Shown piece by piece: positions 19,846 to 27,976 of a stretch of DNA of 32,000 nucleotides. How positions within the stretch are numbered: position 1 is the stretch's first letter; each line of letters starts with the position of its first letter. Under the pieces are notes generated by a model. It was not told the DNA's origin. It worked only from the letters and a program-made list of their open reading frames with translations, and searched no databases. The position numbers were made by a program, and so were the translations under genes. This stretch comes from Formosa sp. Hel1_33_131 (GTDB taxonomy: Bacteria > Bacteroidota > Bacteroidia > Flavobacteriales > Flavobacteriaceae): the NCBI RefSeq assembly GCF_001735745.1, contig NZ_CP017260.1:1080001-1112000 (forward strand), given 5' to 3'.

Positions 19846-20016
19846 TTAGTCGTCAAAAATCCCATCATTAGATGGTGGGGGCAATGATACGGCCTGCGAC
19901 TTTCTTGGGTTGAGAGCTATAAACGTTCCTATAGCGGTTAGTGCTGCATATTTCCCCATTTTAGAAAGGGCTTCTTTGCGAGTGATTTGGTTTTTATTAT
20001 TATTTGATTTCTTCAT
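19846..20016 (-). CDS. Untracked small ORF, 56 aa, predicted single-pass small membrane or secreted peptide
   Basis: My own translation is MKKSNNNKNQITRKEALSKMGKYAALTAIGTFIALNPRKSQAVSLPPPSNDGIFDD*. The N-terminus is basic, one hydrophobic span is present, and the tail is proline-rich and acidic. The ORF is below the track length cutoff. It fills an otherwise empty 313-bp gap and is followed by the strong terminator. Confidence 0.45.
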   Translation of the reverse strand: MKKSNNNKNQITRKEALSKMGKYAALTAIGTFIALNPRKSQAVSLPPPSNDGIFDD

Positions 20017-20083
20017 GAATTTGTAAGTTGAAATTTAGTGCGAAATATTTACATTTAAGCCTTTTACGTCTTAAAATGAGTCT

Positions 20084-21640
20084 TTATTTGATAACTAACT
20101 TGGTTGTTTTAGATTGGTGTTTATTGTTCAAGTTTGCAACATACACTCCCGAACTTACGTTAGACACATCAATCTCATGTTTTGTTTGAGAAGCTTCCAA
20201 TTGATGCGTTTGTATCACGCGGCCTCTTATATCATATAATATTAATGTCGAGTCATGCCTTAATTGACCCTGAACGATTAGTTTTTTTGTAGTAGCCGAT
20301 GAGAAAATCTCAACAGAGTTGAGTGCCGTGTAAGGGCTTGAAAAAGTGGATGAAGTTGTGCCTAAATAAAAACGTCCAATTCCGCTTAAGTCAGATGAAG
20401 GTATAAACGTATAATCGTTAGAGGTTAGTAACGTTTGAACGTTTCGCACTCTATCGTCTAAATAAAATCTCGTACCTGAAGGAACGTCTAAATCGTCGAT
20501 ACTAATCGTTGCTTCCTGACCTGCTGCAACATTCACCTCCAAAGGAATGGCATAATCCGTTGCTGTTAAATCACTAGTAGATAGCGCTTGTATGGCCAAA
20601 TTATAACCTTGAGAATTTTCTACTAAATGAGTTCCTATATCAGACCCTAAAGACCCTGCATCAAAGGTCACGTCTAAGCCGCGTGAACCATATGCATCAA
20701 TAAAGTAAAGTGACGTGTCATAAACATTAGCATCTTTGGTTAACTTTAATTTAAAAGATGAACGACTATTTACCTGACTTCCAGGGATAAAATTATCTTG
20801 TGCAGAAGTACTCACTGTTCTAGCTGATTTAGGAAAGTTGAATGTGCCTCCAGCAGCAGTGGATATAATTATAAACCCTTGTCCTGGAGTGATCAATTCC
20901 GTACTTGTAAGACTGTTTATTACTTTCCAAGTACTAGCACTTGCAGTTGCTGCCCCATCATACCCGTAAATAGCAGCATATGTTGGGTCAATGACGGCAC
21001 TAGCAGCACCCAATGCTGTTACTATCGCTCCCGCATTAATATGTGTAGTAAAAGGATTTCCAACGAGGTTACTTTCTTTGTATGTACCAGCCACATAAAC
21101 TCCAGGAGCATGAACAATAGTTATACCAACATCGGAAGTGCTTACAACCCCTTTGTAAGCCAATGTTTGCCCACCTATACTACCTGCACGATAGCCTTTG
21201 GCAGCCACTAACGGTGTGACATCTGCAGCTGCATACTCTACGTATACTCCATTTGCAGTATCGAATGGACCATACATTAGGTTAGAAGTAGTAATGGTTC
21301 CTGTAGCAATTTTCCCAGTATTTGCAGTCGCAAATGAGGCAAAGGTTTGACCACTTACTGGTGGGGAGACTAAATCCCTGGTGGCAGAAGAGCCTGTGAA
21401 ATGACGATACTCTGCAGTTCCTGTAGAAGACCCAACAACAAAAAGGTCAGAAAAATCATCGGACACTGAGTCCATGATAAGCTCACCATTAGAGTCAATA
21501 CCAACGTTACTTGACGCATGGACAAATGCTGTGGGGGAGATATACATCTGACCACCTGCAGCTACATTCAAATCTTGAGCGAAAGCTGACAGGCTAAAAA
21601 AGATTGCAAAGATTGATATTTGTAAAGTAGGTTTTTTCAT
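20084..21640 (-). CDS. Secreted protein of unknown function with a T9SS C-terminal sorting domain
   Basis: 518 aa. The signal peptide is ...SLSAFAQD. The C-terminal roughly 80 aa (LILYDIRGRVIQTHQL...SGVYVANLNNKHQSKTTKLVIK) match the Por_Secre_tail/type A CTD pattern. I did not recognise any catalytic motif. Confidence 0.75.
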   Translation of the reverse strand: MKKPTLQISIFAIFFSLSAFAQDLNVAAGGQMYISPTAFVHASSNVGIDSNGELIMDSVSDDFSDLFVVGSSTGTAEYRHFTGSSATRDLVSPPVSGQTFASFATANTGKIATGTITTSNLMYGPFDTANGVYVEYAAADVTPLVAAKGYRAGSIGGQTLAYKGVVSTSDVGITIVHAPGVYVAGTYKESNLVGNPFTTHINAGAIVTALGAASAVIDPTYAAIYGYDGAATASASTWKVINSLTSTELITPGQGFIIISTAAGGTFNFPKSARTVSTSAQDNFIPGSQVNSRSSFKLKLTKDANVYDTSLYFIDAYGSRGLDVTFDAGSLGSDIGTHLVENSQGYNLAIQALSTSDLTATDYAIPLEVNVAAGQEATISIDDLDVPSGTRFYLDDRVRNVQTLLTSNDYTFIPSSDLSGIGRFYLGTTSSTFSSPYTALNSVEIFSSATTKKLIVQGQLRHDSTLILYDIRGRVIQTHQLEASQTKHEIDVSNVSSGVYVANLNNKHQSKTTKLVIK

Positions 21641-21706
21641 GATATTTTTATTTAAGGTAATTCCGAACGCAAATTAAGTTTCTTAAAGGGATTAACCTAT
21701 AGCTAT

Positions 21707-21758
21707 GTAACAAACGGCTGTTTCGTGTAACAAACGGTTGATTTAATGTTATAATCGG
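21707..21758 (-). promoter_or_regulatory. Phased direct repeats, core GTAACAAACGG (gene-sense CCGTTTGTTAC), upstream of the T9SS cargo gene
   Basis: Two exact 11-mers lie at 21707-21717 and 21727-21737 (period 20). A degenerate third copy, gttataatcgg, lies at 21748-21758 (8/11, period 21). The repeats are 67-118 nt upstream of the ATG at 21640. Confidence 0.6.
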
Positions 21759-21777
21759 TCAAGTCTTCAAAGTGTTA

Positions 21778-22983
21778 TTATGTATTAAGCCTTCTTTTTG
21801 ATATCCATGATATGAGATAAACAAAAGATGATAAAAATAACATTACAAAAAAATGACTGGTAATATCCCAAGATCTTAATGCTAGGGCAATCCCTGTAAT
21901 TATAATCGTGTAAATCACGATTATAAGTGTGCTCTCAAAATGAGAGAAATTTAAATATGTAAGGTGGTGGTGTAAATGATTTCTGTCGGGTATAAAAGGG
22001 CTTTTGCCTTGCACCAATCGCACGCAAAATACACGAAGGGTATCCAATAACGGGAAACTTATTAAAGCTAAAACGATTACACTTGCATTGTTAATAAAGT
22101 AGCCTGTTCCTCCAACAAGGTTGGCTCCATTAGTGGCTGTAATGACCGAAAAAACGCCAAAAGCAATGACCACCCCTAAACTCATTGAGCCATTATCTCC
22201 TAAAAATAAACGCTTTTTGAAATTAAATATTAAAAATGAGGTTAATGCCCCAGAGTAACAAAACATAATTACGGACTGAATCACTAAATCATTTAAAAAG
22301 AAAAATATACCAAAGCATAGGGTGCTAATTAAACCTACAGACGCTGACAAACCATCAATACCATCAATTAGATTAAAAGCATTCACGACGATTACAAATA
22401 CAAATACAGAAAAAACGTAACTAAAAACAGTAGGCAGTTCATAAATTCCAAAAAGCCCATCAAAATTATCAATTCGTATTTCACATGAAATGATTACAAA
22501 AAGAGCTGTAATGATTTGAAAAATTACTTTTTCTAAAGGGCTTACTTCAAATATATCGTCTTTAAGTCCAAAAAATACCATCAGTGAAACAGCACTACAC
22601 AAACCAAAAACTATTTTAAAATCTATATCAATACTAGGGTAGCTGTATAAAAGTAAGCTTGTGAGGGACAATGCGAAAACAACGCTCACAAATACACTAA
22701 CCCCTCCCAAAATAGGTGTCGATTTTATATGTTTTTTTCTTAAATCAGGATGGTCCACTAATTGAAATCTGTGTGCAAATCGAATCGCTTGAGGGATCAA
22801 CCATTGGGCTGTAAAAAAAGCAATTCCAAACACTAAAACAAACAAATAGATATTTGGAGTTACACTTGTTGATTTTAGAAATATTGGATGTGAAAACAAT
22901 AGGTCATTGATCCAAATTCTTGTACTAAATTCCGAAAGCATAAATAAGGTAAAAGTTTCAGTCATATTTAAAACAGTTAACAA
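21778..22983 (-). CDS. Polyprenyl-phosphate sugar-1-phosphate transferase, MraY/WecA (GT4) family
   Basis: This is a polytopic membrane protein with DHPDLRKKH...PILGG, NAFNLIDGIDGL and GDNGS motifs. The true start may be an internal Met (MTETF or MLSEF). Confidence 0.75.
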   Translation of the reverse strand: MLTVLNMTETFTLFMLSEFSTRIWINDLLFSHPIFLKSTSVTPNIYLFVLVFGIAFFTAQWLIPQAIRFAHRFQLVDHPDLRKKHIKSTPILGGVSVFVSVVFALSLTSLLLYSYPSIDIDFKIVFGLCSAVSLMVFFGLKDDIFEVSPLEKVIFQIITALFVIISCEIRIDNFDGLFGIYELPTVFSYVFSVFVFVIVVNAFNLIDGIDGLSASVGLISTLCFGIFFFLNDLVIQSVIMFCYSGALTSFLIFNFKKRLFLGDNGSMSLGVVIAFGVFSVITATNGANLVGGTGYFINNASVIVLALISFPLLDTLRVFCVRLVQGKSPFIPDRNHLHHHLTYLNFSHFESTLIIVIYTIIITGIALALRSWDITSHFFVMLFLSSFVYLISWISKRRLNT

Positions 22984-23094
22984 TTAGTAATAACATGTTT
23001 TAGGACGCTACAAAAATCTTCTTGTTAAGCTGTTAGACTCCTGTAGAGTTCATGAATCCACAATCTTTTAAAAAAGAGGTGGAGATCATTTTAT

Positions 23095-24438
23095 TTATTT
23101 TGTTCTAATAATTTCTACCCGTCTGTTAAGGCGTCTTCCTTCTCCTGTTAAATTTGAAGCCACCTGTCTAGTTTCTCCGAACCCTTCGGCAATGAGGTTT
23201 TCTGAGGGGATGCCACTACTTATTAGATAGTTGCGAACCGCATTCGCTCTTGTTTGAGACAAACGCTTGTTAGAATCATACCCTCCGGAACTATCTGTAT
23301 GTCCTTCTATCTTAAACTGAGCTTCTGGATGTTGTTTCATCATTTCAACAACTTTAATTAAAACAGGGTAGGATTCTTGTCTGAAATTAGAGTTTCCTGA
23401 ATTAAATAATATTCCTTTAGACACAATATTTAAATTTGTTTTTGTCGAGCCAATCTCTATTTCTTCGTAAGGGCAACCGTTATTAGACTCTACTCCTGGA
23501 ACATTTGGACATTTATCCGCTACATCTACGATGCCGTCATTATCACTATCAAGTAAAGGGCATCCATTGTTTGTTGGCAAGCCTTTGATTTTTGGACATT
23601 TATCTGCTGAATCTAAAACAGAATCTCCATCTGTGTCAGCTTCCATTAAAACTTCAGGACAACCGTTATCGGTTCCATATGCTTCAGGACATTTATCCAT
23701 AGCATCAACTACGCCATCTCCGTCGCTATCAGCTTCTTCTGGGCATCCATTGTTTTGTGCAACCCCAGATACATTAGGACAATCATCCATTTTATTTCTG
23801 ACACCATCATTGTCATCATCCTTATCTCTGCTAGCAAATCGATACATTAAAGATGTAGAGTATTGAAAATGATTGGAGTTATATTCCTCTTTATTTAACG
23901 TCCATTTCCCTGTCCCATTTAGATTGAGGCCAAATTGATCCGAAAACCAAATATTAACACCTGGTCCAACATTTAAAGTCATTCCAGATTGATCTGCTTG
24001 CGAGACTCTTCCAACTCCACCATGAAGATAGAGTTCTAACCAATCATTGCGATCGAACCAACCTCCAAAGGATTGATTGTAATAGTATTTCAAATCCAAA
24101 TCTATCGCTGAATATTTGACATCAGAGGGAATAATTGCCCCATCTATTCTTCCTTTGTTCGCTTTCCATTTATTGTTACTCCAAGCGACAGATAGACTTA
24201 AGGAGTTACTGAATCGATACTCTAGTTCAATATTGAAATTTTCAGAAAAGGCCATTTCATCAAAGCTGCTTAAAAACTCAAAAGGATTATATTTTCCTGT
24301 ACTATCGACTAAATTGAGTCCTAGTTTTAAAAGAAGCCCTTTGTTCGTCTTATTTATAGAGTCCGTGGATATAGATTCTTGGGCTTGTGCTGATACAAGT
24401 CCTCCGATAAAAAATAAAAGTAGTGCAAGTTTTTTCAT
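23095..24438 (-). CDS. OmpA-family outer-membrane protein with thrombospondin type 3 calcium-binding repeats
   Basis: 447 aa with a signal peptide and an N-terminal barrel-like region. It has repeated DxDxDGxxDxxDxCP units (DSDGDGVVDAMDKCP, DTDGDSVLDSADKCP, DSDNDGIVDVADKCP). The C-terminal OmpA domain reads GHTDSSG...NRRVEI. Confidence 0.85.
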   Translation of the reverse strand: MKKLALLLFFIGGLVSAQAQESISTDSINKTNKGLLLKLGLNLVDSTGKYNPFEFLSSFDEMAFSENFNIELEYRFSNSLSLSVAWSNNKWKANKGRIDGAIIPSDVKYSAIDLDLKYYYNQSFGGWFDRNDWLELYLHGGVGRVSQADQSGMTLNVGPGVNIWFSDQFGLNLNGTGKWTLNKEEYNSNHFQYSTSLMYRFASRDKDDDNDGVRNKMDDCPNVSGVAQNNGCPEEADSDGDGVVDAMDKCPEAYGTDNGCPEVLMEADTDGDSVLDSADKCPKIKGLPTNNGCPLLDSDNDGIVDVADKCPNVPGVESNNGCPYEEIEIGSTKTNLNIVSKGILFNSGNSNFRQESYPVLIKVVEMMKQHPEAQFKIEGHTDSSGGYDSNKRLSQTRANAVRNYLISSGIPSENLIAEGFGETRQVASNLTGEGRRLNRRVEIIRTK

Positions 24439-24545
24439 GCTGAATTTGGGGTTTATATTATGTCTTGCCTTGTTTTAAAAAGCAATTTCATTTCATGGTT
24501 TTACAAACAAAGAAAGCAAGCTTAAACGAAAGATACTAGCTTAAT

Positions 24546-24596
24546 GTAACAAACGGCTATTTGACGTAATAAACGGCTGTTTGACGTAACAAACGG
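24546..24596 (-). promoter_or_regulatory. Three phased direct repeats with the same core (GTAACAAACGG / GTAATAAACGG / GTAACAAACGG), period exactly 20 bp
   Basis: The copies lie at 24546-24556, 24566-24576 and 24586-24596. The full gene-sense 20-mers ccgtttgttacgtcaaacag and ccgtttattacgtcaaatag share 18/20. The repeats are 108-158 nt upstream of the OmpA ATG at 24438 and 177 nt or more upstream of the divergent alkB. Confidence 0.6.
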
Positions 24597-24750
24597 TATA
24601 ATTAAGGCATTGCGTTTGAAGTATAAAAATCGTTAATACTAAAATAAAAACACTTCAAAGTCAATATATTACACACAACAACTCATTTCTGCACAAACTA
24701 TATGCTAGAACTGGAAATTTTGAAGATGTATCAGAGAGCAACTCTTAATT

Positions 24751-24758
24751 TATTTTTG
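24751..24758 (+). promoter_or_regulatory. -7 box match (TATTTTTG) upstream of alkB
   Basis: It matches TAnnTTTG and ends 14 nt before the ATG at 24773. Confidence 0.3.
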
Positions 24759-24772
24759 TATATCTTTAAGTG

Positions 24773-25816
24773 ATGAGAAATTTAAAGTATCTTTTTGCTT
24801 ATACAGTACCACTTTCGGCGTTCATCTCATTTGAATCCATGGGGCTAGGAACCTACACTTCCGTTATTTACGCTTTCATAATACTCCCTTTTCTCGACCT
24901 CATTACTGGAAAAGGATCTGAAAATATATCCAAAGAAAAAGCGAATAACAAAAAAACAAGCTGGGTTTTTGATGTGATGTTGTATTTAAATCTACCCATT
25001 GTTTTTGGTCTTTTGTGGCTTGTTTTTTCAAAAATTCAAACACAAGAATACGCCGTTTATGAACTCATTGGATTGGGCCTCTCCGCAGGAATTTTATTGG
25101 CAACCAACGCCATTAATGTGGCGCACGAACTAGGACACAGAACACCTTACTTTGAGCGATTTATGGGAAAACTCCTATACATGCCCTGCTTGTATATGCA
25201 TTTTTATATAGAGCACAACTTTGGTCATCATCTGAATGTGGCGACTCCAAACGACGGCGCTACAGCAAAATACAACCAGACCGTATTTTCGTTTTGGGTC
25301 ACCTCTGTGACAAAGCAATACGTAGATGCTTGGAACTGTCAAATAAAACTTTTAAAAACTCAAAATCGCCCATTCTTATCTGTGAAAAATGACATGCTTT
25401 GGTATCATTTGATTCAACCCACCTATATATTTGGAGTGTTCTATATCTTTTCATTTGATGCGATGCTATTTGCCATCGCTGTTGGAGTGGTGTCTTTTCT
25501 GTTTTTAGAGAGCATCAATTATATTGAGCATTACGGATTGAGACGCTTTAAAACGCCTTCTGGACGGTACGAACGCGTGCAACCGCAGCATTCATGGAAT
25601 TCTAACTTTAAAATTGGAAGAATTGTGTTGTATGAATTGACAAGGCATAGCGACCACCACTTTAAGTCCTCCAAAAAATACCAACTGCTAAACAGTTATG
25701 ACCAAAGTCCAACTTTACCGCTGGGCTACCCCGCTTCTATTCTCTTAAGTTTTATCCCACCACTTTGGTTTAAAATCATGAATCCACGAGTACCAGAAGA
25801 AATGAAGAAGAACTAA
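24773..25816 (+). CDS. alkB: Alkane 1-monooxygenase / membrane fatty-acid-desaturase-like di-iron hydroxylase
   Basis: Four histidine boxes are present in AlkB order: HELGHR, EHNFGHH, NYIEHYGL and RHSDHH. Several TM segments are present. I prefer the ATG at 24773 over the GTG at 24770. Confidence 0.85.
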   Translation: MRNLKYLFAYTVPLSAFISFESMGLGTYTSVIYAFIILPFLDLITGKGSENISKEKANNKKTSWVFDVMLYLNLPIVFGLLWLVFSKIQTQEYAVYELIGLGLSAGILLATNAINVAHELGHRTPYFERFMGKLLYMPCLYMHFYIEHNFGHHLNVATPNDGATAKYNQTVFSFWVTSVTKQYVDAWNCQIKLLKTQNRPFLSVKNDMLWYHLIQPTYIFGVFYIFSFDAMLFAIAVGVVSFLFLESINYIEHYGLRRFKTPSGRYERVQPQHSWNSNFKIGRIVLYELTRHSDHHFKSSKKYQLLNSYDQSPTLPLGYPASILLSFIPPLWFKIMNPRVPEEMKKN

Positions 25817-25838
25817 AGGTTGTGAATTGAACTATCTA

Positions 25839-25951
25839 TTCTGAAGAGAATAATTCATAAATAAATTCTTTTTTAAAATTACATGAAACATATTTAGACC
25901 TGTCTTAATCTATTGATTTTGTCAAGTTCCTCAACTGTTTACGGGACTTAG
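25839..25951 (+). pseudogene. Decayed remnant of a Fic gene unit (5' leader plus about the first 26 codons), homologous to 30703-30808
   Basis: 25849-25901 and 30716-30768 are identical at 49/53 positions by hand alignment. The ATG is changed to ATA at 25861-25863 and an in-frame TAA lies at 25906-25908. The remnant translates to INSFLKLHETYLDLS*SIDFVKFLN, against MNSLLKLYETYLDLKKEDDFDFDKFNQ in the intact gene. Confidence 0.8.
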
Positions 25952-27261
25952 TTTAAAAAAACTTCTTTGATACGTCGATCATCTTTGTTTTGTCTAAACT
26001 TTAAAACAGCCCCTTTAGATTTTGTGTAAATTGAGAGCACTTTATCGATGCGATGTATTGAGAGTCGTAATTTTTTAACGCGAGATTCGTAGGACAAATT
26101 GGGTTCAAAAAAAGTTAAAATTGACGGAAAATCGACAGCAGTTGGGTGTTCCTTAAGTAGGAGTTCTAAAACACTAAAGTCTTCTGAACTTAGTTCTTTA
26201 CGGATATTGTTGGATCTCTTTACGATGATACTATAGTTGCTTTTGGGCTGTATTTTTAAATACACAAAAAAGAGGGCAATCATCAAAAACAGTGATAGAA
26301 GTATATACAATCCATATTGAATATCTTTTTGGTACAGTTGATATTCATTTGTAGAGGAACCTAACAACTCTAAAGGCGTCATAAAAACAAAGCGATACGA
26401 TTGAGAATTGTGTTTCAATTTCGAAATCATAAAAAGATTGGTAGATGGATTGAAATCAATACGGTCAATACTCTCAAAAAGAATTGGATTGACATCCATA
26501 AATTTTTTAATGACATTGTTTTTAATATCAAACAAAAACACCTCCCCACGACATATCGCAAGGGTTCCACTATTGTAAGAAACTTTTAGGGTAGACGGTA
26601 GAAATAGATTACTAGAGTTGTCAGAAAAATCAAAATCAGCTTTGCCCAAGTAGGTCCAAAAATGAGTGTTTAAATCTAATTTCCAAACATCCTTCAAAAC
26701 ATTATAACTCAACTCAAGTTGCTCATTAACCCGTTTGTTGGTTCCTCCGGCAACATACAGAAAAGAATCCTCCAATTGCCCGAATATACGTTGTCTCGGA
26801 GCAGGAATTTTTGAGTCTGGATGGTAAAAAAATTCACTCCATTCCTGATTTAATTCATTAAAAAAAGTGAGATTGGGATTAGTCATAAACAAACCATAAC
26901 CTCCAAAGGAATGTATTTTATTATCAAACGTAAAATCAAAAGATTTAAACTTATTTCGATGTTCAAAAGACTTATCCAAACGCTCAAAAGCATTGTCTTT
27001 GAACCGATACAGAACCCCACCCCCTTTTGTTACTAAAATTGTTTCGTTGGGGCGATGAATCGCATCGAAATCAAAATGTGGCCAATCCATTTTATGAGCC
27101 CATGTGTCGTAAGATTTTCCGTTTTTGGTAACAAACACAGAATCAGAATCAACGGTATAAAAGAATTCTTTTGAGTGGAAACTAAAAAATGATCCGCTCG
27201 GTAACTCTGAATAAGAGGGACTTACAAATGACAAGAAAAAAGCGATTACTAAAGGCATCAT
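25948..27261 (-). CDS. Membrane-anchored putative one-component regulator with the order signal peptide, Kelch-like beta-propeller, TM helix, C-terminal winged-helix-like domain
   Basis: 437 aa. Kelch-like blades are present (IHSFGGYGLF...NEW, LYVAGGTNKR...DVWKLDL..W). The TM segment is YGLYILLSLFLMIALFFVYL. The C-terminus LSSEDFSVLELLLKEHPTAVDF...SRVKKLRLSIHRIDKVL...VLKFR resembles an OmpR/PhoB-type effector domain. The function is inferred only. Confidence 0.5.
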   Translation of the reverse strand: MMPLVIAFFLSFVSPSYSELPSGSFFSFHSKEFFYTVDSDSVFVTKNGKSYDTWAHKMDWPHFDFDAIHRPNETILVTKGGGVLYRFKDNAFERLDKSFEHRNKFKSFDFTFDNKIHSFGGYGLFMTNPNLTFFNELNQEWSEFFYHPDSKIPAPRQRIFGQLEDSFLYVAGGTNKRVNEQLELSYNVLKDVWKLDLNTHFWTYLGKADFDFSDNSSNLFLPSTLKVSYNSGTLAICRGEVFLFDIKNNVIKKFMDVNPILFESIDRIDFNPSTNLFMISKLKHNSQSYRFVFMTPLELLGSSTNEYQLYQKDIQYGLYILLSLFLMIALFFVYLKIQPKSNYSIIVKRSNNIRKELSSEDFSVLELLLKEHPTAVDFPSILTFFEPNLSYESRVKKLRLSIHRIDKVLSIYTKSKGAVLKFRQNKDDRRIKEVFLN

Positions 27262-27353
27262 AAATACAGGATATATAGTGTAATGTACTAAAAATTCATG
27301 AAAATACTGCTTAACTCAATTAGATTTACAAACTAAATTTAAAAACTTTTGAT

Positions 27354-27833
27354 ATGAAGAAAATTATTATTTTACTTATGCTGCCATTACTACTCATAGG
27401 ATGCGGAGATGACGATGGAGATGGAAACAACAACAGCACTGCCTTTGACCCCAATGAACCAATGATAGGGGCATGGCAACAAATTTCTGAAGAGAGGTAC
27501 TTCTTTGAAGATGGATCGAATAATGTAAGAGCTTGTTTAGGTGAATTAGATCCAGAACTTCCGAGCAAAATTTTTGCGTATTCGAATGGAAAGTTGGATA
27601 TGTACTTTTATGAATGCATTGGAGGAACTAATGAATTTGATCCAGTACGATCGGAAGAATTATTGTCTTTGGGTGGAAATTGGGAACAAATTGGATCTCA
27701 AGGAAATTATTTGTTTTTTGACCCAGCAGACGAAGAACCTAATGAAGAAATTGTTTACTTTGAATTTAGCAGTGATAAATCGCAATTTACGCATGATACT
27801 GGTGAAGTTATACAAATTTGGGAACGACAGTAG
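27354..27833 (+). CDS. Small hypothetical lipoprotein
   Basis: 159 aa. The lipobox is LLLIGCGDDDGDG. The mature part is acidic with a lipocalin-like IGAWQQ segment. The gene is divergent from the propeller-wHTH gene and is followed by a terminator. Confidence 0.7.
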   Translation: MKKIIILLMLPLLLIGCGDDDGDGNNNSTAFDPNEPMIGAWQQISEERYFFEDGSNNVRACLGELDPELPSKIFAYSNGKLDMYFYECIGGTNEFDPVRSEELLSLGGNWEQIGSQGNYLFFDPADEEPNEEIVYFEFSSDKSQFTHDTGEVIQIWERQ

Positions 27834-27857
27834 TTATTGTTGTATTTTTTTAGTATT

Positions 27858-27887
27858 AAAACCTCGCAATATTGTGAGGTTTTTTTA
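27858..27887 (+). terminator. Rho-independent terminator after the lipoprotein gene
   Basis: The stem is cctcgca/tgtgagg (one G-U pair) with a 4-nt loop and A/T extensions, followed by a T7 run at 27880-27886. Confidence 0.7.
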
Positions 27888-27976
27888 TGCATACTGGGCT
27901 GATTCACACACTAAAGCAAGCTTCATTCGTTGCTGAAAACAAAATTAGATTCAACTTAATCAAAAAATGTGTATTG

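Noticed and set aside
24613-24658. Inverted repeat tttgaagt ... acttcaaa with a loop of about 27 nt in the OmpA/alkB intergenic region.
   Set aside because: The arms are short and the loop is large, so the structure would be weak. It has no clear relation to either gene start.
27128-27138. gtaacaaacac, a 9/11 match to the GTAACAAACGG repeat core.
   Set aside because: It is a single copy inside a coding region, it lacks the terminal GG, and it has no phased partner. It is most likely chance.
27326-27936. ORFs 27326-27568 (minus strand) and 27574-27936 (plus strand) overlapping the lipoprotein gene.
   Set aside because: Both overlap the well-formed lipoprotein CDS in other frames. The second also runs through the terminator hairpin. 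Neither has recognisable motifs.
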